Assembly: GCA_903828145.1 (NCBI GenBank)
Contig: CAIKKY010000030.1
Location: 49,658-113,657, forward strand
From: an uncultured Hyphomicrobiales bacterium
Lineage (GTDB): Bacteria > Pseudomonadota > Alphaproteobacteria > Rhizobiales > Devosiaceae
Direction: 5' to 3'
DNA: 64,000 bases
The notes below the pieces were generated by a model, which did no database searches, was not told the DNA's origin, and saw nothing but the letters and a program-made list of their open reading frames with translations. Made by a program: the position numbers and the translations under genes. This document shows, piece after piece, positions 28,785-36,982 of this stretch (positions within the stretch are counted from its first letter, which is position 1; every line of letters begins with the position of its first letter).

Positions 28785-28910
28785 GTTCCTTGACGGACTG
28801 AAAGACATTCCGGTGCGGTTGACCCAAACAGGGGGCCAAGTCCGGAGCTGCCAAGCTGTCGATGAACGCTGCCTCCACTGCAATGGGGCTGGGGAAAACC
28901 CGCCTGCCTG
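28785..28910 (+). ncRNA. Degenerate cobalamin riboswitch-like leader
   Basis: Retains GTTCC..GGA, CCGGTG..TCCGG, GCTGCC, CTGT, CCACTG..GGGAA and CCTGCC in consensus order; lacks AGGGAA, CCCGCAA and AGCCAGGAGA. Confidence 0.55.
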
Positions 28911-28923
28911 CGAAGAGGCTGAA

Positions 28924-30168
28924 ATGGATAAGTCGCTCATCCTGCCCAAGGGCACAGGGGTCATGCTGTGCGGGCACGGCAGCCGCAACCGCCGCGCCGT
29001 TGATGAGTTTTCGGCGCTCGCCGATAAGCTGCGCCAGCGCCTGCCCGGTGTTCCGGTTGAGTATGGCTATCTCGAGTTCGCCAATCCCGTGATTCATGAA
29101 GGGCTGGAAAAGCTCCGCGCCGCCGGGGTCAACCGCATCCTCGCAGTGCCGGGCATGCTGTTTGCCGCCGGGCACGCCAAGAACGATATTCCCTCGGTGC
29201 TCAATACCTGGCAGGCGAGCCACCCCGGGGTTGAAGTCACCTATGGCCGCGAACTGGGCGTCGATCTCAAGATGCTGCGGGCGGCGGGCGACCGGATTGC
29301 CGCAGCAATAGACGGGGCGCAAACCAGCATTCCGCGCACCGAAACCCTGTTGCTCGTCGTCGGCCGGGGCGCATCTGATCCGGACGCGAATTCGAACGTC
29401 GCCAAGGTCATGCGCATGCTGTGGGAAGGCATGGGCTTCGGTTGGGCCGAGGTTGCGTATTCGGGGGTCACGTTCCCGCTCGTCGCCCCCGCGCTCGATC
29501 ATGTGGCGCGGCTGGGGTATGCCCGCGTCATCGTCTTCCCGTATTTCCTGTTTACCGGCGTGCTGGTGAACCGCATTTACGATGCCGTGGCCGAAGCGCG
29601 GGCGAAATACCCCCAGATCGACTTCCTCGATGCGCCCTATCTCAATGACCACCCGATGGTGGTTGAAACCTTTGTCGATCGCCTGCAGGAAATGCTGGTG
29701 GGGCAGAACCTCATGAACTGCGCGATGTGCAAGTATCGCGAGCAGGTTTTGGGCTTCGAGGCCGAAGTGGGCCTCAGGCAGGAAAGCCACCACCACCATG
29801 TCGAAGGCATCGGCGGCGGGCTGGAAAACTGCCCCTGCAAGGGGGATTGCGACGGGTCATGCCGCGACGAAGCCTTCTGCAAGCGCCATAACCTGCCCTG
29901 GACCCCGCTCGCAAGCCATGACCACGGCGCGCATGGTCATGCGCACGGCCACGACCATGGTCCGCACACCCATACTCATGCCCCGGCGCGCCACGCGCTC
30001 CTGAACCCGGCGGCGCCGCTCATCGCACTCGGCACCGGGCCCGATCAGAACAAGGCCGAGCCGCCCGAGCACACGCACCATCCCTACCCCCATGCCGATC
30101 ACCCGCTGGGGCCGAAAACCCTGCCCAAGGTGCCGGGCCGTCGGGCGCGTGAGGAGCGGCAGGGCTGA
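28924..30168 (+). CDS. cbiX: Sirohydrochlorin chelatase CbiX (long form, Fe-S motif, His-rich tail)
   Basis: LCGHGSR, YLEFANP, AAGHAKND, VGRGASDPDANS and MNCAMCKYR motifs. Confidence 0.9.
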   Translation: MDKSLILPKGTGVMLCGHGSRNRRAVDEFSALADKLRQRLPGVPVEYGYLEFANPVIHEGLEKLRAAGVNRILAVPGMLFAAGHAKNDIPSVLNTWQASHPGVEVTYGRELGVDLKMLRAAGDRIAAAIDGAQTSIPRTETLLLVVGRGASDPDANSNVAKVMRMLWEGMGFGWAEVAYSGVTFPLVAPALDHVARLGYARVIVFPYFLFTGVLVNRIYDAVAEARAKYPQIDFLDAPYLNDHPMVVETFVDRLQEMLVGQNLMNCAMCKYREQVLGFEAEVGLRQESHHHHVEGIGGGLENCPCKGDCDGSCRDEAFCKRHNLPWTPLASHDHGAHGHAHGHDHGPHTHTHAPARHALLNPAAPLIALGTGPDQNKAEPPEHTHHPYPHADHPLGPKTLPKVPGRRAREERQG

Positions 30169-31040
30169 TGCTGTTTGACCGCTTCATCGCGGTGGACTGG
30201 TCGGCGGCCAATGCGCCCCGGCTGGGTGCAAACGCCATCTGGATTGCTGAAACCGGCAGATCCAGCTGCAATCTCCCGACGCGTCACGCCGCCATGACCC
30301 ATCTCAGAACGCGACTGCGGGCAGCGCTGGCGGCAGGCGAGCGCCTGCTGGTGGGCTGCGATTTCAGCTTCGGCTTCCCGCTGGGCGCAGCCGAGCGCCT
30401 TGCGGGCTCGGCCGATTGGCGCGCGCTCTGGGCGCGCCTTGCGGCGGCAATCATTGATGGCCCCGATAACAGGTCCAACCGCTTCGATGTGGCCTCGGCG
30501 TTCAACGTCCGGTTGGGCCAGCCGCTGTTCTGGGGGCACCCGGTGGGACGGAGCTACCCGGCGCTCGCGCCACGACGCACGCCAGCCGCCTATGCCGAAA
30601 TAGCGGAAAAACGGTTGGCAGAGCGGCTCACCCGCGCGGCCCAGCCGGTGTGGAAACTCATGGGTGCGGGGTCGGTGGGGAGCCAGACCCTTTTGGGTAT
30701 CGCGCATCTCGAAGCCCTGCGGCAAGATGCCGAGCTGGGCCCGGCCATCGCCGTCTGGCCCTTTGAAACCGGCTTTACCGGCCCATTCGTCCGGCCCATT
30801 ACCCTGTGTGAAATCTACCCGTCGATGTTTCCCCTGGCCGCTGACACAGAGCCGCGCGACCGCGCGCAGGTCGAAGCCGTTGTGGCGGGCTTTGCGGCGC
30901 TCAACCGGGCCGATGCGCTCGGGGCGCTCCTCGCGCCGCCCCTGCTCGATAGCGCGACGACCAACGGCCTGCTCTCCGAAGAAGGCTGGATTGCTGGTGT
31001 CGGGCGTGAGGCCATGCTGGTGGGGAGACTGGCCGCATGA
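30168..31040 (+). CDS. Uncharacterised protein, DUF429/RNase H-like fold inferred
   Basis: FIAVDWS, LVGCDFSFGFP and CEIYP acidic motifs; translationally coupled to cbiX and cobH. Confidence 0.7.
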   Translation: MLFDRFIAVDWSAANAPRLGANAIWIAETGRSSCNLPTRHAAMTHLRTRLRAALAAGERLLVGCDFSFGFPLGAAERLAGSADWRALWARLAAAIIDGPDNRSNRFDVASAFNVRLGQPLFWGHPVGRSYPALAPRRTPAAYAEIAEKRLAERLTRAAQPVWKLMGAGSVGSQTLLGIAHLEALRQDAELGPAIAVWPFETGFTGPFVRPITLCEIYPSMFPLAADTEPRDRAQVEAVVAGFAALNRADALGALLAPPLLDSATTNGLLSEEGWIAGVGREAMLVGRLAA

Positions 31041-31660
31041 GCTATGTCCGCGACCCCGCAGCCATCTACGCCCAAAGCTTTACCACCATCCGGGCCGAAG
31101 CCGATCTCTCGGGTCTGCCTGAGGCGCTTCATCCGCTCGCCATCCGCATGATCCATGCTTCCGGCATGGTCGATCTCGCAGCGGATATCGTCGGCACGGC
31201 CGATCTGCCCCGCGCCGTGGCCGAGGCTGTGGCCGCTGGGGCGCCGGTGTTCTGCGATTGCGCAATGGTGCGGGCGGGGCTCATCACGCGCGATTTGTCC
31301 GCCCATGCCGATCTCCGCGTCACGCTCAATGCTGATGCGGTGCCAGCGCTGGCGGCCCGGCTTGGCACCACCCGCTCCGCTGCGGCTGTCGAGTTGTGGC
31401 GCAATGACCTGGCGGGGGCGGTCGTGGTGATCGGCAATGCCCCTACGGCGCTGTTTCATCTGCTCGAGATGATCGAACAGGGCGCGCCGCGTCCGGCGGC
31501 GATCATTGCCACACCGGTTGGATTTGTCGGTGCGGCGGAAAGCAAGGACTTGCTTGCCGCAGCGCGGCACGCCATTGCCTTCCTCACCGTGCGCGGGCGC
31601 CGGGGCGGCTCGGCCATCGCGGCAGCGGGATTTAACGCGGCCCTGAGAGGATTGTCATGA
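31037..31660 (+). CDS. cobH: Precorrin-8X methylmutase
   Basis: IYAQSF, RMIHASG, TRSAAAV, IGNAPTALF and GFVGAAESK motifs. Confidence 0.96.
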   Translation: MSYVRDPAAIYAQSFTTIRAEADLSGLPEALHPLAIRMIHASGMVDLAADIVGTADLPRAVAEAVAAGAPVFCDCAMVRAGLITRDLSAHADLRVTLNADAVPALAARLGTTRSAAAVELWRNDLAGAVVVIGNAPTALFHLLEMIEQGAPRPAAIIATPVGFVGAAESKDLLAAARHAIAFLTVRGRRGGSAIAAAGFNAALRGLS

Positions 31661-33015
31661 CGGCCTGGCTCACCCTGATCGGCATTGGCGAAGACGGGCT
31701 GGCGGGCCTGCCTGCTGCGCATCGCCGGCTGGTGGACGATGCCTCGGTCGTCATTGGCGCGGCGCGGGTTCTCGCGGCCCTGCCGCCGGCTGTGGCCCCG
31801 GCGCGGCCGCGCGCTGCCGATGTGCCGGGCGATTTCATTGCCCAGCAGAGTTTCGATGCCATTGCCCGGGCCCTGGCCGGGGAAACGGCCGTGGTGAGAG
31901 CTGAAGTGCCGCTGCCTGAACCGCAGCGCCGCATGGCATGGGAGCCCGGGCTCGAGCGCATGATCGCGCAGCTTATGGACCTGCGTGATACACCCACGGT
32001 GGTGCTCGCCTCGGGCGATCCGATGTGGTTCGGCATGGGCGCTACGCTCACCCGCACGCTGTTGCCGTCTGAATTTGCGGTCCTGCCGGCCCCCAGCGCC
32101 TTCCAGCATGCGGCGGCGCGACTTCATTGGCCCCTGCAATCGATCGATTGCCTGTCGCTGCATGGGCGGCCCGTGGAAATGCTGCATCCGGCGCTGCAGC
32201 CGAACAATCGGATTCTGGCGCTGACGTCGGACCGCACGACGATTGATCTCGTGCTCGAACTCCTGGTCGATCGCGGCTATGGGCAAAGCCAGGTCACCGT
32301 GCTCGAAAATCTGGGTGGATCGGACGAGCGGATCACCGAGGGGCTGGCCCTTGGCTTTGAGTCCGGCGCCGTTGGCGACCTTTATGTGCTGGCGATTGAT
32401 TGCGTGGCCGAATTTGGCGCGCGCCTCCGCCCCACCGTTCCGGGCCTGCCCGACGACGCCTTTGTGACCGATGGGCAGCTGACCAAGCGTGAAGTGCGCG
32501 CCATGACGCTCGCTCGGCTCGCACCGTTTCCTGGCGCTGTGCTGTGGGATGTTGGGGCCGGTTCGGGCTCCATTGGCATTGAGTGGATGCGGTCTGCCCG
32601 CGGTGCCCATGCCATTGCCTTTGAACGCGAGGGTGAGCGCTTGCAGAATATTGCCGTCAACGCCGCTGCGCTCGGTGTACCCCATCTTGAAATCGTGCCC
32701 GGATCGGCGCCCGAAAGCTTTGGCAAGCGGGCTCCGCCCGACGCGATTTTCATCGGCGGCGACGTGGCCAATGATCTGCTGTTTGATGCCTGCTGGACGG
32801 CGCTGAAGCCGGGCGGACAGCTGGTGGCCAATGCCGTCACCGTCGATGGCGAACGGGCGCTCTATGATTGGCAGGAGCAACTGGGCGGTGACATCACCCG
32901 CATTGAAACCTCGATGCTTGATCGGGTGGGCGGCCGCCGCGTGCTGCGCCCGCGCATGGCGGTCACCCAATGGTCTGTCGTCAAACTGCCCCATGGCGAG
33001 GCGGCGGAACAATGA
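31657..33015 (+). CDS. cobL: Precorrin-6Y C5,15-methyltransferase (CbiE/CbiT bifunctional)
   Basis: IGIGEDG, LASGDPMWFG, SLHGRP, GQLTKREVRA and WDVGAGSGS motifs. Confidence 0.93.
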   Translation: MTAWLTLIGIGEDGLAGLPAAHRRLVDDASVVIGAARVLAALPPAVAPARPRAADVPGDFIAQQSFDAIARALAGETAVVRAEVPLPEPQRRMAWEPGLERMIAQLMDLRDTPTVVLASGDPMWFGMGATLTRTLLPSEFAVLPAPSAFQHAAARLHWPLQSIDCLSLHGRPVEMLHPALQPNNRILALTSDRTTIDLVLELLVDRGYGQSQVTVLENLGGSDERITEGLALGFESGAVGDLYVLAIDCVAEFGARLRPTVPGLPDDAFVTDGQLTKREVRAMTLARLAPFPGAVLWDVGAGSGSIGIEWMRSARGAHAIAFEREGERLQNIAVNAAALGVPHLEIVPGSAPESFGKRAPPDAIFIGGDVANDLLFDACWTALKPGGQLVANAVTVDGERALYDWQEQLGGDITRIETSMLDRVGGRRVLRPRMAVTQWSVVKLPHGEAAEQ

Positions 33016-33722
33016 GCGGCACGCTGTTTCTTGTGGGTGTCGGCCCCGGTGATCCCGATCTCATCACGCTGAAGGCGGCGCGGCTCCTTGCCATGGTGCC
33101 GGTCATTGCCTACCCACAGACCGGCGAGGGTGCCGCGCTGGCGCGGGAGATTGCGGCACCGCACCTCAACCCCGCCGCGCTCCATATCCCCGTTGATCTG
33201 CCGATGAGCACGGACCGCGCACCGGCGCAGCAGGCCTATGATGGCGCCGCGATGCGCATCCTGGCCCAGCTTGCGGCGGGGCGTGATGTGGCCTGGCTCA
33301 CCGAAGGCGACCCGCTGTTTTACGGCTCGGCCATGTATCTGGTTGCCCGCATTGCGGCCTCGGCCCCGGTGCGGGTCATCCCCGGCATTACGGCGCTCAC
33401 GGCGGCGGCGGCGGCCATCAATCGGCCGCTGGCGGCCCGTAACGAAACGCTCAAAGTGCTGCCCGCCCCGCTCGATGACGAAACGCTGCGGCGCGAATTG
33501 GCCGATGCTCCGGCTGTCGCCATCATCAAGGTCGGTCGGCATTTCGACCGTATCAGGGCCCTCCTCGAAACAACCGGCCATGCCGCCTCAGCCATGGTGG
33601 TGGAACACGCCACGACCCCGCGCCAGCGCATCACGCCGTTGCGGGCCTTTGCGCATGACGAGCGGCCGTATTTTTCAACGATTCTCTGTTATCGGGGCGC
33701 GGAGGCCTGGGCCACGCCATGA
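33012..33722 (+). CDS. cobI: Precorrin-2 C20-methyltransferase
   Basis: GVGPGDPDLITLKA, EGDPLFYGS and PGIT motifs. Confidence 0.94.
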   Translation: MSGTLFLVGVGPGDPDLITLKAARLLAMVPVIAYPQTGEGAALAREIAAPHLNPAALHIPVDLPMSTDRAPAQQAYDGAAMRILAQLAAGRDVAWLTEGDPLFYGSAMYLVARIAASAPVRVIPGITALTAAAAAINRPLAARNETLKVLPAPLDDETLRRELADAPAVAIIKVGRHFDRIRALLETTGHAASAMVVEHATTPRQRITPLRAFAHDERPYFSTILCYRGAEAWATP

Positions 33723-35467
33723 TCGCCTTGATCGTCTTTTTTGCCGGCCAGGGCGAGACTGTGGCCGAGCGCATCGCCCTGAGCCTCAAGGGTGAACTGG
33801 TCCGTTGTGGCCCCGGCTTTGCCGACGCCGCCACCCTGCTGCCCGCAGCCTTCAGCGCGGGCCGAACCATTATCGGGGTTGCCGCCTCCGGCATTCTCAT
33901 CCGGCTGCTTGCGCCCGTGCTGTCGAACAAGGCCCTTGAGCCAGCCGTGCTCGCCGTGTCGATTGACGGGGCCTCAATTGTGCCGCTGTTGGGCGGTCAT
34001 CGCGGCGCGAACCATCTGGCGCGCACTATCGCGGCGCTGACGGGCGGACACGCCGCCATCACCACGGCCTCCGACATCCGCTTTGGCGGCGCGCTCGATG
34101 AACCGCCTGCGGGCTACGCCCTCTCCAATCGCGAGGCGGCGCGCGCGGCCATGGCAGCCGCGCTTCAGGGCGAAGCCCTAAAGCTGACAGGCGATGCACC
34201 GTTCCTTGCGGCCTGGGGCTATCCCATCGACCCCGAAGGCACAATTGCGGTGCGTGTCACCGATCAGGCGGTCGCGGGGCTCGCCTATCATGAAAAGCGG
34301 CTGGTCGCCGGGCTGGGTTGCGAACGCGGTGCCTCGGCCGACGAGGTGATCGGGCTGGTTACCGCGACGCTGGCCGGGGCCGGGCTCGCCCCCCAGGGCC
34401 TGGCCGCCCTCGCCTCCATCGATATCAAGGCCGATGAGCCGGCGCTCCTCGCCGCCGCGCGCCATTTCAAGGTGCCGCTGCGGCTGTTCTCCGCTGCCGA
34501 TCTGGCGGGCGAAACGGTTCCCACCCCATCACACTATGTGGCCGACACCGTGGGTACACCCTCGGTGGCCGAAGCGGCGGCGCTGAAGGCCGGGCCGCTC
34601 CTCGTCGAAAAGCGGAAATCGGCCCGTGCCACCTGCGCCATTTCGCGTGGGTCCTGGCCCTTCGACGCTGAAACCTTCGGGCATGCTCCCGGTCTCGTGC
34701 ATCTCGTCGGGCTCGGGCCCGGCGCTCCTGCCGAGCGGACCGGGTCGGCCATTGCCGCATTGCAGACAAGCAGCGATTGGGTCGGCTACGGCCTCTATCT
34801 CGATCTCGCAGCGGACCTGCAGCAGGGCCAGACCGAACACCGCTTTGCCCTGGGCGAAGAAGAAGTGCGGGTTCGCCATGCGCTCGAACTCGCCGCAACC
34901 GGCAAGACCGTTGCGCTCCTTTGTTCGGGCGATTCCCAGATCTATGCCATGGCGGCGCTGGCCTATGAACTGCTCTCGGCTGACGGCGCCCGGGCCCTGA
35001 GCCACCGCGCGCAGCGGGTGAGCATCGCCACGCATCCAGGCATTTCCGCCTTTCAGGCGGCGTCGGCGGCGGCCGGGGCGCTCATTGGCCATGATTTCTG
35101 CTGTATCTCGCTCTCTGACCTTCTGACCCCGCGCGAGGATATTGAACAGCGGCTCACCGCCGCCGCGACCGGCGATTTCGTCACCGCGTTCTACAACCCG
35201 CGTTCGGGGCGACGACTTGATCTGCTGGATCGCGCCACGGCGATTTTCCGCGCGCACCGGCCCGCCACCTGTCCGGTGATCGTGGCCAAAAGCCTCGGGC
35301 GCAAGGAGCAGCAGGTGCGCGTCCTGCCGCTTTCGGCGTTCGATCCCGCTGAAGTCGATATGCTCACCATTGTGCTCATCGGCTCATCCACCTCAAAGAG
35401 CTTCGACAAGGCCGGCCAGACCGTCGCCTTCACCCCCCGTGGCTATGCCAAAAAGGCCAGCTTATGA
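33719..35467 (+). CDS. cobJ: CbiG-CobJ fusion (cobalt-precorrin-5A hydrolase-like plus precorrin-3B C17-methyltransferase)
   Basis: N-terminal LLGGHRGAN, ITTASD, GLGCERG and SVAEAAAL; C-terminal VGLGPG, SGDSQIY, ISLSDLLTP and FYNPRS. Confidence 0.92.
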   Translation: MIALIVFFAGQGETVAERIALSLKGELVRCGPGFADAATLLPAAFSAGRTIIGVAASGILIRLLAPVLSNKALEPAVLAVSIDGASIVPLLGGHRGANHLARTIAALTGGHAAITTASDIRFGGALDEPPAGYALSNREAARAAMAAALQGEALKLTGDAPFLAAWGYPIDPEGTIAVRVTDQAVAGLAYHEKRLVAGLGCERGASADEVIGLVTATLAGAGLAPQGLAALASIDIKADEPALLAAARHFKVPLRLFSAADLAGETVPTPSHYVADTVGTPSVAEAAALKAGPLLVEKRKSARATCAISRGSWPFDAETFGHAPGLVHLVGLGPGAPAERTGSAIAALQTSSDWVGYGLYLDLAADLQQGQTEHRFALGEEEVRVRHALELAATGKTVALLCSGDSQIYAMAALAYELLSADGARALSHRAQRVSIATHPGISAFQAASAAAGALIGHDFCCISLSDLLTPREDIEQRLTAAATGDFVTAFYNPRSGRRLDLLDRATAIFRAHRPATCPVIVAKSLGRKEQQVRVLPLSAFDPAEVDMLTIVLIGSSTSKSFDKAGQTVAFTPRGYAKKASL

Positions 35468-36246
35468 CCGTCTATTTCATTGGTGCCGGTCCCGGCGCGC
35501 CGGACCTCATCACGCTGCGCGGCCACAGGCTGATCGAGCGCTGCCCGGTCTGCCTGTATGCCGGGTCGCTGGTGCCCGCTGAGATCGTTGCCGTTGCGCC
35601 CCAAGGGGCTCTGGTGCGCGACACCGCGCCCATGACCCTCGATGAGATCATCGCCGACATCACCGCCGCCCATCAGCGGGGGGAGGATGTCGCGCGGGTC
35701 CATTCGGGCGATCCCTCGATCTATGGGGCGGTGGCCGAGCAGATGCGGCGGCTCGATGCGCTCGACATTCCTTACGAGGTGGTGCCCGGCGTGCCCGCCT
35801 TCGCGGCGGCAGCGGCGGTGCTCAATGCCGAACTGACCCTGCCCGATGTGGCCCAGACCATCATCCTCACCCGCACGAGCGGCAAAGCGACGCCCATGCC
35901 GCCGGGCGAAAGCCTTGAAGAGCTGGGGGCGAGCAAAGCGACGCTCTGCATTCACCTCTCCATCCGCAACCTGGCCTATGTCGAGGAGGCGCTGACCCCG
36001 CATTATGGCGCCGATTGCCCGGTGGCGATTGTCTATCGGGCGAGCTGGCCCGATCAAACGGTGCTGCACACCACGCTCGGCGACATGCGGGTGAAGGTGC
36101 GCGAGGAAAAGATCACGCGCACGGCGCTGGTCATGGTGGGGCGGGTTTTTGGCGAAACCGCCTTCCGCGAGTCGCGTCTTTACGATGCTGATTTTGCCCA
36201 TGTGCTGCGCAACAAGGGCAAGAAAAAGAGCCGCGCCGAGGGCTAG
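35464..36246 (+). CDS. cobM: Precorrin-4 C11-methyltransferase
   Basis: GAGPGAPDLIT, YAGSLV, RVHSGDPSIYG and RASWPDQ motifs. Confidence 0.96.
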   Translation: MTVYFIGAGPGAPDLITLRGHRLIERCPVCLYAGSLVPAEIVAVAPQGALVRDTAPMTLDEIIADITAAHQRGEDVARVHSGDPSIYGAVAEQMRRLDALDIPYEVVPGVPAFAAAAAVLNAELTLPDVAQTIILTRTSGKATPMPPGESLEELGASKATLCIHLSIRNLAYVEEALTPHYGADCPVAIVYRASWPDQTVLHTTLGDMRVKVREEKITRTALVMVGRVFGETAFRESRLYDADFAHVLRNKGKKKSRAEG

Positions 36247-36247
36247 G

Positions 36248-36979
36248 TCACGGCCGGTCAAGCCGCAGCGCGGCAATCACCTGGCCGAGGGTCGGGGCCT
36301 CGGGTGCCGGCAGGAGCCTTGGCCGGTCGATCATCACCACGGCGATGCCGAGTTCCGCCGCCGCGTCCAGCTTGGCAGCCGTCTGCACACCGCCCGAATT
36401 CTTTGAGACGAGATGGCTGATGCCCTGATGCGTCATCAGGTCGAGTTCAGCGCTGAGGAAATAGGGCGGCCGCGACAGGATTGAAATCGCATTGATCGGC
36501 AGACGGTGCGTTAACGGCTCGATGGTGCGCACCACGAACGAGCAATCGGTGCGGGCAAAGAAGCTTTCAATCTCGGTGTGCCCGGTGGTCAGCAGCGCCC
36601 GTGCCCCGGCAGGCAGAAGCGAGGCGGCTTCGGCCCCGTCGGTGGCGCGAATCCAGTCGATCCCCGGCGGCTCCTGCCATTCCGGGCGGCTGTAGCGCAC
36701 CAGCCGGATTCCCGTGGCCTCTGAGGCCAAAACGGCATTGGTCTTGATCCGCGCCGCATAAGGATGCGTGGCATCGACGATGCGTTCAATGCGCGTGCGG
36801 ATGAGATAGGTCGTGAGCCCCTCGATGCCGCCAAAGCCGCCGACGCGGGTTTCCACCACGGGCATGAGCGGCGTTGAGGTGACGCCTGCCAGTGAGCTGA
36901 TGACTGCGTGGCCCATGGCGTCGAGCCGCTCCGCGAGGAGCCGCGCTTCTTCGGTGCCGCCGAGGATCAGGATCCGCAT
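36248..36979 (-). CDS. cobK: Precorrin-6A reductase
   Basis: ILGGTEEA, GGFGG, VDATHPYA and VSKNSGG motifs. Confidence 0.94.
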   Translation of the reverse strand: MRILILGGTEEARLLAERLDAMGHAVISSLAGVTSTPLMPVVETRVGGFGGIEGLTTYLIRTRIERIVDATHPYAARIKTNAVLASEATGIRLVRYSRPEWQEPPGIDWIRATDGAEAASLLPAGARALLTTGHTEIESFFARTDCSFVVRTIEPLTHRLPINAISILSRPPYFLSAELDLMTHQGISHLVSKNSGGVQTAAKLDAAAELGIAVVMIDRPRLLPAPEAPTLGQVIAALRLDRP

Positions 36980-36982
36980 GGC

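Noticed and set aside
28813-28923. Cys-containing 37-aa extension of CbiX
   Set aside because: It overlaps the riboswitch-like leader; ATG 28924 after GAAGAGG fits better.
31456-33012. 518-aa antisense ORF over cobL
   Set aside because: Shadow ORF; the sense frame carries clear CobL motifs.
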